Assembly: GCA_020725385.1 (NCBI GenBank)
Contig: DYFC01000060.1
Coordinates: 1-64,000 of the forward strand
Source: Nitrospira japonica
GTDB lineage: Bacteria > Nitrospirota > Thermodesulfovibrionia > Thermodesulfovibrionales > SM23-35
Reading direction: 5' to 3'
DNA length: 64,000 nt
Each line of letters starts with the position of its first letter. The stretch's first letter is position 1. This document shows positions 20,737-31,571 of the stretch, one piece after another. Under the pieces are notes generated by a model that saw nothing but the letters and a program-made list of their open reading frames with translations, was not told the DNA's origin and made no database searches. The position numbers and the translations under genes were made by a program.

Positions 20737-21798
20737 TTGATCGAACAAAAAGATAAATATATAGAACATCTTGTCAGCGCACTCGTACTTTCAATAGTAA
20801 TAATAGGTTGTTTTTTTGTTTTACGTCCTTTTTTATCTCCATTATTATGGGCTGTAATTCTTTCTTTTTCTACATGGCCAATTTATAAGTGGTGGGAAAA
20901 ATTACTAAAAGGAAAGAAAACTCTTGCTGCAACTATTATGACTTTCTTACTATCCGCAGCTTTTGTATTACCAATTTTAATAATTGGACTAAGTTTAGCA
21001 AGCCAGGCATCTACTCTTACAGGCAATATTCGTGAAATGCTTGAAAAAGGCCCTCCAAAACTTCCTTTATGGATTAGTGCTATCCCCATTGTAGGACCTG
21101 AAATTCAAAACTACTGGAATGAATGGACCATTGATCATGAAAGACTTGCTGATATTCTTTTACCCTATATTAAAACTCTCAAAGGAGTAATTATAGAAAA
21201 AGGTGCACTAATGGGCCAGGCTATTTTTCAAATTGTACTTAGTATTATTGTTTGCTTTTTCTTTTATCGTGACGGTGAAAAAACTGCTCAAAGTTTTGCG
21301 AATTTTCTAAGGAGAATAGCAGGAACAAGAGCTGATAGACTTATAAACGTTGCCGCTTCCACCACGAAGGGTGTTGTTTATGGAGTTCTTGGAACCGCTG
21401 CTGTTCAGGGAACACTTGCCGGAGTCGGTTTTTTTATTGCAGGCGTGCCGGCATCTCTATTACTTGGTCTATTCACTTTTTTTCTTGCCCTTATACCTAT
21501 GGGTCCACCTTTGTTATGGATACCGGTAACAATATGGTTATTTTATTATAAAAGTACAATAGCATGGATATTCATGTTATTATGGGGAACCTTTATAATT
21601 AGCGGTATCGATAATATAGTAAAACCAATACTTATAAGCCAGGGGATAGATCTTCCATTCATACTCATTCTTCTTGGAGTATTCGGGGGAATATTTGCTT
21701 TTGGATTTATAGGAATTTTTCTCGGTCCTACACTTCTTGCACTCGGGTATTCTCTTATTTCAGAATGGACTTCCTCTAAGGATATTTCAGCGGGTTAA
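20737..21798 (+). CDS. AI-2E family transporter
   Basis: Multi-TM; IDNIVKPILI and GGIFAFGFIGIFLGP motifs. Confidence 0.9.
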   Translation: MIEQKDKYIEHLVSALVLSIVIIGCFFVLRPFLSPLLWAVILSFSTWPIYKWWEKLLKGKKTLAATIMTFLLSAAFVLPILIIGLSLASQASTLTGNIREMLEKGPPKLPLWISAIPIVGPEIQNYWNEWTIDHERLADILLPYIKTLKGVIIEKGALMGQAIFQIVLSIIVCFFFYRDGEKTAQSFANFLRRIAGTRADRLINVAASTTKGVVYGVLGTAAVQGTLAGVGFFIAGVPASLLLGLFTFFLALIPMGPPLLWIPVTIWLFYYKSTIAWIFMLLWGTFIISGIDNIVKPILISQGIDLPFILILLGVFGGIFAFGFIGIFLGPTLLALGYSLISEWTSSKDISAG

Positions 21799-21827
21799 CC
21801 CGGATAATATATCTATAAGTTCAATCA

Positions 21828-21843
21828 AGTCAATTAATTGACT
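21828..21843. promoter_or_regulatory. Perfect 16-bp palindrome, candidate enhancer-binding-protein site
   Basis: AGTCAATTAATTGACT about 60 bp upstream of a sigma54-like promoter; resembles the FleQ box GTCAnnnnnnTGAC. Confidence 0.55.
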
Positions 21844-21904
21844 ATTTTAATCTTTTCCCTGATACCATCAATAAATAATCTTTAAAAAACAATATATTAG
21901 CTTC

Positions 21905-21919
21905 TGGCATATTCTTTGA
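21905..21919 (+). promoter_or_regulatory. Sigma54-like promoter of the fliL operon
   Basis: TGGCAT-N5-TTGA, correct -24/-12 spacing, one mismatch at -12 (GA for GC). Confidence 0.55.
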
Positions 21920-21956
21920 TTATATTTAAAAAAAAGAATTGTAAAAGGAGGTTTTT

Positions 21957-22463
21957 ATGGCAGAGAATGTGCTTGATGGTCAAGCTGCTGGCATTAACGA
22001 TGTTCATGATGACAGACCCAAAAAAGGGAAATTGAAATTAATTATTATTGCTGCAATTGTACTCATTATCGGACTTGGCAGCGGTTTTGCTGCTTATACA
22101 ATGTTTTTAAGTAAAAAAGGAAAAACAGCCGAGACTTCTCATGAAAAAACTGTAGCAGAGACAAAAAAGATTGAATTACTCGCGCTTGACCCTTTTGTTA
22201 TGAATTTAGCAGAGCAAAATCGTTTTCTTAAATTATCGGTACAATTCGAACTTGCGGATAAAGCATATCAACAAATGGCTATGGAAAAAATTCCTTTATT
22301 AAGGGATGCAATTATTATTCTTGTAAGCAGTAAATCATATACGTCGGTGACAACACCAGAGGGTAAATTTCAGCTTAAAGATGAAATTTTGCTGAGAGCG
22401 AATCAGGCAATGGGTAAAGATGTTTTTAAGAACCTTTATTTTACAGAGTTTGTAACACAATGA
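21957..22463 (+). CDS. fliL: Flagellar basal body-associated protein FliL
   Basis: N-terminal TM, LDPFVMNL, RDAII, LYFTEFVTQ. Confidence 0.92.
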   Translation: MAENVLDGQAAGINDVHDDRPKKGKLKLIIIAAIVLIIGLGSGFAAYTMFLSKKGKTAETSHEKTVAETKKIELLALDPFVMNLAEQNRFLKLSVQFELADKAYQQMAMEKIPLLRDAIIILVSSKSYTSVTTPEGKFQLKDEILLRANQAMGKDVFKNLYFTEFVTQ

Positions 22464-23455
22464 ACGATATACTTTCACAGGATGAAGTTGATGCCCTGTT
22501 AAAAGGGGTTCAATCAGGAGAGATTGATACAGAAGTAGCACGGGACAGGATTCTTTCAGGTATAAGAAATTATGATTTTACGAACCAGGAAAGAATCATA
22601 CGTGGAAGAATGCCCGGTCTTGAACTTGCAAATGAAAAATTCTCACGTTTTTTTAGAAATTCTATTTCAAATCTCTTAATGAAATTTGTTGATACAGGCA
22701 TTAGCAATGTTGAGGTCACAAAATTTGGTGAGTTTATGAAGATAATCCCGTTTCCTTCGAGTATAAATATTTTCAAGATGGAACCTTTGAAAGGTTATGC
22801 TCTATTTGTAGTCGAAGCTCCTCTGGTATTTGCTTTTGTTGAATTTTTTTTCGGAAGTTCGAATGCTCGTTATGTGAAATCCGAGGGAAGATCATTTACC
22901 CATATTGAGCAGAACGTTATAAGAAAGATAGTGAATATTGCCCTGAAAGATATGGCGAGTGCATGGAGTGGAATATCCCAGATAACCCCTGAATTTGTTA
23001 GCTCTGAGATGAATCCACAGTTTGTTACTATCGTAACGCCAAGCGAGCTTGTTATTAAGGTTGAGATACATATAGAACTTGAGAATTTTACAGGGAAGCT
23101 TTTTTTCTGCATCCCTTATTCAATGGTAGAACCTGTTAAAGAAATACTTTATTCGGGTATTCAGACTGATAAATATGATTTGGATCAGAATTGGGTCACT
23201 TATCTCAAAGAACTATTAAAAGACTCTTATGTAGAAGTAAAAGCAGAAATAGGAAGAGTTCATCTAACTCTTGGTGAATTGGTCGGCTTGGAAGTGGGAA
23301 GTGTTGTAAATCTCGGCAAAGCTTCAAATTCCGAGATACCGGTAAAAGTAGAAGGTATTACAAAATTTTATGGAGTGCCGGGATATAGCAGGGGAAGTCA
23401 GGCTATAAAACTAACAAAGGTTGTAAAAGGAGAAAATTATGCTTCAAAATCTTGA
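22460..23455 (+). CDS. fliM: Flagellar motor switch protein FliM
   Basis: ILSQDEVDALL CheY-binding peptide, YDF, EMNPQF, C-terminal SpoA domain. Confidence 0.95.
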   Translation: MNDILSQDEVDALLKGVQSGEIDTEVARDRILSGIRNYDFTNQERIIRGRMPGLELANEKFSRFFRNSISNLLMKFVDTGISNVEVTKFGEFMKIIPFPSSINIFKMEPLKGYALFVVEAPLVFAFVEFFFGSSNARYVKSEGRSFTHIEQNVIRKIVNIALKDMASAWSGISQITPEFVSSEMNPQFVTIVTPSELVIKVEIHIELENFTGKLFFCIPYSMVEPVKEILYSGIQTDKYDLDQNWVTYLKELLKDSYVEVKAEIGRVHLTLGELVGLEVGSVVNLGKASNSEIPVKVEGITKFYGVPGYSRGSQAIKLTKVVKGENYASKS

Positions 23456-23777
23456 ACAAAAAACCGAAGAAGCAGGCTTTGAAGAATTCAAAGAAGAGAA
23501 GAAGGAAAGCAACTCAAAAAAAGATATTGACTTTATTCTTGATATACCATTGGAACTTACTGTTCAGCTCGGGATGACAAAAATGTTAATTAGAGATTTG
23601 CTCCAGCTTGGACAGGGTTCGGTAATCGAGCTCGATAAGCTTGCAGGAGAACCTATGGAAATTTTGATTAATAACAAACTTGTTGCCAGGGGAGAGGTTG
23701 TTGTTGTAAATGAAAAATTCGGCGTCAGATTAACAGATATTATAAGTCCGGCAGAAAGGATAAATCAGTTAAGATGA
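23439..23777 (+). CDS. fliN: Flagellar motor switch protein FliN
   Basis: ILDIPLELTVQLG, GEVVVVNEKFGVR. Confidence 0.95.
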   Translation: MLQNLEQKTEEAGFEEFKEEKKESNSKKDIDFILDIPLELTVQLGMTKMLIRDLLQLGQGSVIELDKLAGEPMEILINNKLVARGEVVVVNEKFGVRLTDIISPAERINQLR

Positions 23778-24094
23778 CAGAGCAGTATATTCAAATGATA
23801 GCAGCGCTTGGAGGAGTAATCCTCTTAATAATTCTTTTTGGATATTTGATGAAAAAAAGGCAGACAAAATCGGGTGTTCTAATAAATGTGGTTTCATACC
23901 AGCCTTTTGGACCGAGAAAAGGAGTTGCTGCACTTAAGATGGGAAGAGAAGTATTGCTTCTTGGTATAACTCAAAATGATATTAAACTTTTGAAGACTTT
24001 TAATGAAAATGAATTCGAGGAGAAAACAACAGCCGAGATAAACACAAAAATTAGAATGCTAAAAAATATGAAGGAACGCTTAAATGAATCTTAA
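23774..24094 (+). CDS. fliO: Flagellar biosynthesis protein FliO
   Basis: Single TM plus LLLGIT beta domain; lies between fliN and fliP. Confidence 0.8.
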   Translation: MTEQYIQMIAALGGVILLIILFGYLMKKRQTKSGVLINVVSYQPFGPRKGVAALKMGREVLLLGITQNDIKLLKTFNENEFEEKTTAEINTKIRMLKNMKERLNES

Positions 24095-24716
24095 TGATCC
24101 GGCAATTGAGGTTTTTCTTCTTATAAGCTTTCTCTCGCTACTGCCTGCTATACTTATAATGTTCACTTCATTTACAAGAATAGTAGTAGTTCTCGCACTT
24201 TTAAGGCAGGCTCTCGGTGGCCAGCAAATGCCTCCTAATCCTGTAATTATTGGACTATCTTTATTCCTCACTTTTTTCATAATGTCTCCAACTATTGATG
24301 TTATTAATAAGGAAGCTCTTAATCCTTATATTGAGAAAAAAATTGATATGAAAGAAGCATTTAAAAGAGCGGAACCTGCGATAAAAAGTTTTATGCTTAA
24401 ACAGACCCGTGAAAAAGATATAGCTTTGTTTCTTAAAGTATCAAAACAGGATGTGCCGGAAAAACCTGAGGAATTACCAATAAGGGTTGTAGTTCCTGCG
24501 TTTGCAATAAGCGAATTAAAGACAGCATTTGAGATGGGAGTTCTGATTTTCTTGCCTTTTCTGATTATAGATATGATTGTATCAAGTGTGCTTCTTTCAA
24601 TGGGTATGATGATGCTTCCTCCTGTCATGATTTCACTTCCTTTTAAACTTCTGCTTTTTGTTCTTGTAGATGGCTGGAATCTTGTGGTTGGAACAATAAT
24701 AAGGAGTTTTCAATGA
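24084..24716 (+). CDS. fliP: Flagellar export gate protein FliP
   Basis: TSFTRIVVVL, RQALG, PAF.ISELKTAF, MGMMMLPP, LVDGW. Confidence 0.96.
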   Translation: MNLNDPAIEVFLLISFLSLLPAILIMFTSFTRIVVVLALLRQALGGQQMPPNPVIIGLSLFLTFFIMSPTIDVINKEALNPYIEKKIDMKEAFKRAEPAIKSFMLKQTREKDIALFLKVSKQDVPEKPEELPIRVVVPAFAISELKTAFEMGVLIFLPFLIIDMIVSSVLLSMGMMMLPPVMISLPFKLLLFVLVDGWNLVVGTIIRSFQ

Positions 24717-24982
24717 CACCTGATATAGTAAGAGAAATCTCCGGGGATGTTTTCAGAACAATATTGCTCGTTTCTGCACCGCCTTTAATGGTAAGTCTTT
24801 TTGTGGGGCTACTTGTAAGTTTATTCCAGGCAGTTACCCAGATTCAGGAATTCACTTTAACTTTTGTCCCGAAGGTAATCGCTGTTTTTGTTTGCCTTTT
24901 TATATTCTTCCCGTGGCTCTCAAAAGTTTTGATAGCTTTCACAACAAATCTTATTGAAAAAATTCCGGTGTATATAAAATGA
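24713..24982 (+). CDS. fliQ: Flagellar export gate protein FliQ
   Basis: FQAVTQIQE.TL.FVPK. Confidence 0.95.
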   Translation: MTPDIVREISGDVFRTILLVSAPPLMVSLFVGLLVSLFQAVTQIQEFTLTFVPKVIAVFVCLFIFFPWLSKVLIAFTTNLIEKIPVYIK

Positions 24983-25740
24983 CAGATAATCTTATTTCTT
25001 CATATATCTCATCTTTTGTTTTTGTTCTGCTCAGGACAGGAATAGTAATAATGCTTCTTCCTTTTTTCGGAAGCAGAAATTTCCCGGCCCAAATGAAGAT
25101 AGGCTTATCTGTTGCGATTGCAATAATTTTAACTCCTTTAATTGAAATAAAAATAACTGATAATGGGTTAATACCTTTAATCGTGATGCGCGAAATAATT
25201 CTTGGTATTGCATTTGGTTTTACAGCAAGATTTGTATTTTTCGCGATAGAGATGGCAGGACAGATGATTAGCAATGCGATGGGTATTTCAATTGCCCAAT
25301 CTTTCAATCCCGAGATAGGCCAATCTACTGAAATGTCCCAGCTTTTTGGATTTATTGCAATGTTATTGTTTCTTAGCATAGATGCACATCACGATTTGAT
25401 ATATGCATTTGTTAAAAGTTATGAGTTGCTTCCGGGCGGACAGATATCAATAAGCGGACTTCTAACTTCTGTTATATCAATCATGAAAGCCATGTTTATA
25501 ATCGCCCTGAAGCTTAGCGCACCTGTTGTTATGACAATGGTTGTATCACATGTATTGCTTGGCTTTGTTTATAAAGCAGCTCCACAGATAAACATTTTTT
25601 TTGTTGCATATCCTGTATATATTTTTGTCGGACTGATAGTTTTATTGATAGGTATGCCAATGATTCTAACGGTAACAAATAACTATCTTGGCTCGATTAC
25701 AGAAGAAATTACAAAAGTGTTAAGCGCTTTAAGAGGATAA
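24979..25740 (+). CDS. fliR: Flagellar export gate protein FliR
   Basis: Multi-TM, AG..IS..MG, KAAPQINIF. Confidence 0.94.
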   Translation: MTDNLISSYISSFVFVLLRTGIVIMLLPFFGSRNFPAQMKIGLSVAIAIILTPLIEIKITDNGLIPLIVMREIILGIAFGFTARFVFFAIEMAGQMISNAMGISIAQSFNPEIGQSTEMSQLFGFIAMLLFLSIDAHHDLIYAFVKSYELLPGGQISISGLLTSVISIMKAMFIIALKLSAPVVMTMVVSHVLLGFVYKAAPQINIFFVAYPVYIFVGLIVLLIGMPMILTVTNNYLGSITEEITKVLSALRG

Positions 25741-25742
25741 AG

Positions 25743-26777
25743 ATGGCTGAATTTCAGGAAAAAACCGAGAAAGCTACTCCAAGGAGAAAACAGAAGGCAA
25801 GAGAAAAAGGACAGATTGCCCGGAGCCGTGAGCTTATTTCCATGGCAGCGACAGCAGGAATGGTTTTGATGTTTTATTTTTCCGGAAATACATTCATCAG
25901 CAGAATTGAAGAAATGATGAGAAAATTGCTCGGTTTTCAATATGGAAGAAATCCTGAAATAGCAATGAAATTTGCATTATCCGAAATGATCTGGATACTG
26001 ATGCCTTTTTTAGGAATTGCCTTTACCTTTGCTTTATTTACCGGTGCGTTGCAAGGTGGATTTGTATTAAAACCGCTTAATATAGAGCTTGAGAGGCTGA
26101 ATCCTCTCGGTGGTATGAAAAGGCTATTTTCATATACAGGTTTGGTTGAATTCTTGAAAAGCCTTTTTAAATTTATAATCGGCGGCTTTATTATGTATCT
26201 TATACTTAAAAACCTTATGAATTTCCTTCCATTTGCCTCGTCTCTTGAGATTCAGGAAATAACTCCTGTAACTGGGAAAATTCTCTTTAAAACAATCTTA
26301 ATTATTTTTACCACTTTCTTTATTTTTGCTGTTCTTGATTATATTTACCAGAGATGGAGTTTTGAACGTTCTCTCAGAATGACACGTGAGGAAGTCAAAC
26401 AGGAATATAAAGAAACCGAAGGAGATCCTATTGTTAAATCAAGAATAAGAAGCATTCAGAGGGAACTTGCAAGAAGAAGGATGATGCAGGAGGTACCGAA
26501 AGCAACAGTAGTTATAACAAACCCTACGCATCTGGCAGTAGCCTTACGTTATGAAAAAGAAGGAATGACAGCTCCTTTAGTCGTAGCCAAAGGTGCAGGA
26601 TATATTGCAGAAAAAATCAGAGAAATAGCAAAAAATCATAGGATACCGATCATAGAGGATAAACCGCTCGCAAGGGCACTTTATAAACTTGACATAGGTA
26701 ATTTTATCCCGCCGGAACTTTATAGAGCAGTCGCAAAAATACTTGCCTATATTTACAAATTAAGAGGCGCTGCATGA
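25743..26777 (+). CDS. flhB: Flagellar export switch protein FlhB
   Basis: EKTEKATPRR, EGDP, NPTH autocleavage motif. Confidence 0.96.
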   Translation: MAEFQEKTEKATPRRKQKAREKGQIARSRELISMAATAGMVLMFYFSGNTFISRIEEMMRKLLGFQYGRNPEIAMKFALSEMIWILMPFLGIAFTFALFTGALQGGFVLKPLNIELERLNPLGGMKRLFSYTGLVEFLKSLFKFIIGGFIMYLILKNLMNFLPFASSLEIQEITPVTGKILFKTILIIFTTFFIFAVLDYIYQRWSFERSLRMTREEVKQEYKETEGDPIVKSRIRSIQRELARRRMMQEVPKATVVITNPTHLAVALRYEKEGMTAPLVVAKGAGYIAEKIREIAKNHRIPIIEDKPLARALYKLDIGNFIPPELYRAVAKILAYIYKLRGAA

Positions 26778-28807
26778 ATATAAAAGCAATCTTAAAACAG
26801 CATCAGGATATTGTAATTGCTTTAAGTGTAGTGTCGGTTCTCGGGATTATGATACTTCCTATCCCGACATTTATGCTTGATATTCTTTTGTCTTTATCAA
26901 TTTCGTTATCAATAATAGTATTAATAACAGGAATATTTATTGGCAAACCATTGGATTTTTCAGTGTTCCCTTCAATTCTTTTGTTGTCGACATTATTCAG
27001 GCTTTCTTTGAATATTGCATCAACAAGACTTATATTGTTGAATGGTAATGAGGGAATCGAAGCAGCAGGTCAGGTAATAAAATCATTTGGAAATTTTGTT
27101 GTTGGAGGTAATTATGCAGTAGGTTTTATATTGTTTTTAATTCTTGTTGTAATTAATTTTGTTGTCATTACTAAAGGTTCAGGGAGAATAGCCGAGGTAG
27201 CAGCAAGATTTACACTTGATGCAATGCCGGGTAAGCAGATGGCTATAGATGCTGATCTTAATTCCGGTCTTATTGATGAATCCGAAGCCCGTAGAAGGAG
27301 AGCTATAATTGCGCAGGAAGCTGATTTTTATGGAGCAATGGATGGAGCGAGTAAATTCGTACGAGGAGATGCTATAGCAGGTCTTATTATAACAGGCATA
27401 AATATTATAGGAGGTTTGCTTATAGGTGTAATTCAAAAAGGCATACCTGTAGGTGAAGCTGCAAAAACATATACAATCCTGACAATCGGTGATGGCCTTG
27501 TCTCACAGATACCTGCTTTGCTCATTTCAACAGCAGCAGGTATAGTCGTTAGCCGTGCAGGGACAGATTCAAATCTCGGGAAAGATATAACAAAACAAAT
27601 AATATTCAATCCAAAAGCTCTTGGTACAGCTTCTGGAATTATGGTGGTTCTTGGAATTATACCTGGACTTCCCCATATTCCTTTTTTAATGCTCTCGGCA
27701 GCATCCGGGGTATTGGCTTATGTAATATCCACTGCATCAAAAGTTGATACAATTCAGGAACAAGAAATTCAGCCTATATCTCAAGAACCCGCGATAGAGA
27801 CGTTTATTGAGATTGAACCTTTAACTCTTGAAATTGGATATGGACTAATTCCTTTTGTTGAAGGAGAAAAACCTTCTTTGTTGAATAAGATTAAAGCAAT
27901 GAGAAGACAGCTTGCTACAGATCTTGGATTTATTGTGCCTTCTATTCATATTAAGGATAATCTTCAATTTAGACCACATGAATATTGTTTTTATATAAGG
28001 GGAATTGAGATTGCAAGAAGTGAAATAATGGCAGATCATTATCTTGCTGTTGCATCAGGAACAGCAGAACCAATAGATGGGATTCCAACAAAAGAGCAAG
28101 CTTTTGGATTACCTGCGTACTGGATAAATGGAAAAGACGTGGAAAAAGCACAGGCAAAAGGTTATACAGTAGTTGATCCATCAACTGTAATCGCAACCCA
28201 TATAACAGAATTAATAAAGAATCATGCGTGGGAACTTCTTAATAGAACCGAGGTTCAGAATTTGCTCGATAATGTTTCAAAGAATTATCCAAAAATTGTT
28301 GATGAACTTATTCCTTCACATCTTAGTCTGGGAGGAGTTCAGAGAGTGCTCCAGAATCTGCTAAGGGAGAAAGTTCCTATAAATGACCTTGTCACAATAC
28401 TCGAGACTCTGCTTGATTATTCGCCTTCTGTAAAGGATATCGAGCTTCTTACTGAATTTGTGAGACAGGCATTGTCAAGATATATAACAAAGCAATACAC
28501 AATAGATAACAGTGTTTATGTAATGATGCTTGACCCGCGATTTGAGAAAGAACTTTCAAGTGCAATGGAATCCGGCGGTGCAATAAGTCCTGAAGTTGTA
28601 AACAAACTTGCACGCAGTATTGAAAATGCTCTCAAAGAAGATAAATTTAAGGGCATTCAGCCGATAATATTGTGTTCGGCACATGTTCGGAGATTTTTAA
28701 GAAAGATTACCGAAAGATATTTCCCATCAATAGTTGTTATTTCGAATGCTGAACTTTCTCAATCGGTGAAACTTTATACAACAGGAGTTTTGAGGTATGA
28801 AGATTAA
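26774..28807 (+). CDS. flhA: Flagellar export protein FlhA
   Basis: RIAEVAARFTLDAMPGKQMAIDADL, FYGAMDGASKFVRGD. Confidence 0.97.
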   Translation: MNIKAILKQHQDIVIALSVVSVLGIMILPIPTFMLDILLSLSISLSIIVLITGIFIGKPLDFSVFPSILLLSTLFRLSLNIASTRLILLNGNEGIEAAGQVIKSFGNFVVGGNYAVGFILFLILVVINFVVITKGSGRIAEVAARFTLDAMPGKQMAIDADLNSGLIDESEARRRRAIIAQEADFYGAMDGASKFVRGDAIAGLIITGINIIGGLLIGVIQKGIPVGEAAKTYTILTIGDGLVSQIPALLISTAAGIVVSRAGTDSNLGKDITKQIIFNPKALGTASGIMVVLGIIPGLPHIPFLMLSAASGVLAYVISTASKVDTIQEQEIQPISQEPAIETFIEIEPLTLEIGYGLIPFVEGEKPSLLNKIKAMRRQLATDLGFIVPSIHIKDNLQFRPHEYCFYIRGIEIARSEIMADHYLAVASGTAEPIDGIPTKEQAFGLPAYWINGKDVEKAQAKGYTVVDPSTVIATHITELIKNHAWELLNRTEVQNLLDNVSKNYPKIVDELIPSHLSLGGVQRVLQNLLREKVPINDLVTILETLLDYSPSVKDIELLTEFVRQALSRYITKQYTIDNSVYVMMLDPRFEKELSSAMESGGAISPEVVNKLARSIENALKEDKFKGIQPIILCSAHVRRFLRKITERYFPSIVVISNAELSQSVKLYTTGVLRYED

Positions 28808-29882
28808 AAAATTTCGTGCAAAAAGCTTTTCAGAGGCTTTGACACTGGTTAAAAAAGAACTGAGTGAAGATGCTATAATTCTCTCATCGGAAGAGAAAAA
28901 AGGGTTAAGACCTTATGTTGAGGTAACCGCAGCAGTGGATTATGAAAGCTGTCAGGTTAATCAACAAGAAAATGTTCTTAGCCAGAATACCAACAGCAAA
29001 CCTATAAATAATTCAAAATCTTCTAATGATAATTCCCCTATGATTGATAGTACACTTTCATATTTGAAAAACGAGATTGGAAGCCTTAAAGAGACGATAT
29101 TGAATATGAAAAATGCTGGTTATAGTATTTATCTGCCACCTGAAAAAAGAGCTGTTATAAATTACCTTACAGAACGTGCTATCCTTGAGGAATTTGCTAT
29201 GCGTATAACCGAGAAAGCTACAAATATTGAACAAATCCCTGCTTTAATTGAAAAGGATATTAAAGTAAAATCAGCACAGGGAAGCAAAAAAGCTATTATG
29301 CTTGCAGGCCCAACAGGAGTTGGTAAAACAACTACAATCGCAAAATTATCCGCACGTGACATCAAAGCAGGGAAAAGGGTAGCAATAATAAATCTTGACA
29401 CTTATAGAATAGGTGCTGTTGAGCAAATAAGAATTTATTCAAGAATTATGGGGATACCTTTGTCAATAGTATCAAGTCCCAAGGAACTTGAGGAAACCCT
29501 TTTAAGATATATGCAAACAAGGGACATTGTATATATTGATACCACGGGCAGAAATCCGCGCGATGAGACACATATTGAAGAATTACTATCAGTCTGTGAG
29601 ATCAATGTGCAAATTGAACTTCATTTGCTCATGAGTGCAAGCTGCGATGATTTTTTTATGATAGATGCTTACCGGTTTTATAGAAAATTACCGCTTGATT
29701 ATATAGACTTTACAAAGATTGATGAAGCTGTAAGATTTGGTTCGATTTATAATCTTATTCTTACATATCAAAAACCTGTTTCATTCATAACCACGGGACA
29801 AAAGGTCCCGGGTGATATTGAGTTTGTTACACCTGAAAAACTTTCAAGCCTCATTTTGCATAAAAGGAGTTATACATGTTGA
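28797..29882 (+). CDS. flhF: SRP-family GTPase FlhF
   Basis: MKIKKF N-terminus, GPTGVGKTT, DTYRIGA.EQ, DTTGR, TKIDE, GQKVP. Confidence 0.94.
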   Translation: MKIKKFRAKSFSEALTLVKKELSEDAIILSSEEKKGLRPYVEVTAAVDYESCQVNQQENVLSQNTNSKPINNSKSSNDNSPMIDSTLSYLKNEIGSLKETILNMKNAGYSIYLPPEKRAVINYLTERAILEEFAMRITEKATNIEQIPALIEKDIKVKSAQGSKKAIMLAGPTGVGKTTTIAKLSARDIKAGKRVAIINLDTYRIGAVEQIRIYSRIMGIPLSIVSSPKELEETLLRYMQTRDIVYIDTTGRNPRDETHIEELLSVCEINVQIELHLLMSASCDDFFMIDAYRFYRKLPLDYIDFTKIDEAVRFGSIYNLILTYQKPVSFITTGQKVPGDIEFVTPEKLSSLILHKRSYTC

Positions 29883-30721
29883 TAGAAGAATCATCAAAAG
29901 AAAGATCAGTTAAAACAATTGCTATAACAAGTGGTAAAGGTGGCGTTGGCAAAACCAATATTACAGCCAATCTTGCAATGGAAATCAGAAAAAAAGGATT
30001 CAGTGTAATGATTCTTGATGCTGATCTTGGATTAAGTAATATAGACATTCTTTTCCAGATTGCTCCGAAATATAATCTTCAGCATGTACTTAACGGACAG
30101 ATGGACCTGCAGGACATTATTGTAGAAGGTCCGATGGGAATTAAGATACTTCCTGCAAGTTCAGGTGTACAGGAACTTACAGCTCTTAACGAATTCCAGA
30201 GATTAAAACTTTTAGAAGGCTTTGATTCATATAATATTGATATTGACTATTTTCTTATAGATACTGCGGCAGGCATTTCAGAAAATGTCGCATTTTTCTG
30301 TGTCGCGGCACAGGAAATTGTAATTGTTACAACTCCGGAACCAACTTCATTGACAGATGCTTATGCATTGATTAAAGTCCTTTTTACAAGGTATCAAGAA
30401 AAAGAGTTTAAGGTTCTTGTGAATTTTGCAAAAAATCCTGAAGAAGGATTCGGGGTTTTTAAAAATCTTTCAAGAGTTGCTGAAAGATTTCTTAGCATAT
30501 CTCTTGATTATATAGGTTATATCCCTTTTGATAATGCATTAAAAAAATCAGTAAAGGCACAGAAGCCTGTTGTTGATATTTTCCCTGATTCGGTTTCGGC
30601 AAGACAATTCAGTGCAATTGCTGAAAGGTTTTTAAATAAAAAGAGCACAGTTAAAGGCTCACTCCAGTTTTTCATAGGAAATCTTTTAACAACAAAAAGT
30701 ATGTCATTACAAAAAGCATAG
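29876..30721 (+). CDS. flhG: MinD-like flagellar number regulator FlhG/FleN
   Basis: SGKGGVGKT, DADLGLSN, TPEPTSLTDAYALIK. Confidence 0.93.
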   Translation: MLIEESSKERSVKTIAITSGKGGVGKTNITANLAMEIRKKGFSVMILDADLGLSNIDILFQIAPKYNLQHVLNGQMDLQDIIVEGPMGIKILPASSGVQELTALNEFQRLKLLEGFDSYNIDIDYFLIDTAAGISENVAFFCVAAQEIVIVTTPEPTSLTDAYALIKVLFTRYQEKEFKVLVNFAKNPEEGFGVFKNLSRVAERFLSISLDYIGYIPFDNALKKSVKAQKPVVDIFPDSVSARQFSAIAERFLNKKSTVKGSLQFFIGNLLTTKSMSLQKA

Positions 30722-30754
30722 AAAGTGTCAATAAAAGATTGAGAAGGAAATATA

Positions 30755-31525
30755 ATGAAGGCCTATAAGAAGGAAATAAGTGAAGAAGAAAAAGAAAAAA
30801 TTGTAAATGAATTTTTACCTTTTATTAAATATACAGCTCACAGACTCTCGTGGGGATTACCTCCCCAGCTTTCGGTGGATGATTTAATAAGTGTTGGTGT
30901 AATGGGATTGCTCGATGCATTGCAAAGATATACTGAGGGTAGGGTAAAGTTAAACACATTTGTTCAGTTCAGGATAAAAGGCGCAATGCTTGATGAATTA
31001 AGGGCTCATAATTGGGTGCCTAAGTCAATGAATAAAAAAATAAGTAATGTAAAAAATGCTCATTTAAAACTTGAAAAAGAACTCGGAAGAGTTCCGGAAG
31101 ATATAGAAATAATAGATTATCTTGGAATTTCAAACGACGAATATTACGAAATACTTCGTATTGCAAATACCCAGATGACATATAGATTCGAAGACTTCAA
31201 TGATAGGAATCATAATAATGAGGAGCTGGATGCGCTGGAATGCATATCTGATCCCGAGGCAAAAACACCTCTTGATATATTTGAAGAAAATGAGTTGAAA
31301 CAAAAACTTGCATCTGTAATAGAAAAAATGCCTGAAAAAGAAAAGCTTGTTTTGTCTTTATATTACTGGGAAGAAATGACTATGAAAGAAATAGCATATG
31401 TAATGAATCTAACGGAGGGAAGGGTATGTCAGTTGCATAGTCAGGCGGTAGCAAGACTTAAAAGTAAATTAACCGATGATGGAGCAAAGGTCGGAGACAG
31501 AAGCGTTGTTGCTGCGGTTAAATAA
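30755..31525 (+). CDS. fliA: RNA polymerase sigma-28 factor
   Basis: DDLISVG.MGLLDA, RIKGAMLDELR, LSLYY.EEMTMKEI..TEGRVCQLHSQA. Confidence 0.94.
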   Translation: MKAYKKEISEEEKEKIVNEFLPFIKYTAHRLSWGLPPQLSVDDLISVGVMGLLDALQRYTEGRVKLNTFVQFRIKGAMLDELRAHNWVPKSMNKKISNVKNAHLKLEKELGRVPEDIEIIDYLGISNDEYYEILRIANTQMTYRFEDFNDRNHNNEELDALECISDPEAKTPLDIFEENELKQKLASVIEKMPEKEKLVLSLYYWEEMTMKEIAYVMNLTEGRVCQLHSQAVARLKSKLTDDGAKVGDRSVVAAVK

Positions 31526-31571
31526 GGTACGGGATTAACGTGAGAGGGAACAAAATCCGGTTTGAAATTAA

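Noticed and set aside
24084-24716. FliP lacking an N-terminal signal peptide as a defect
   Set aside because: All core motifs are intact and signal-less FliP/SctR proteins are known
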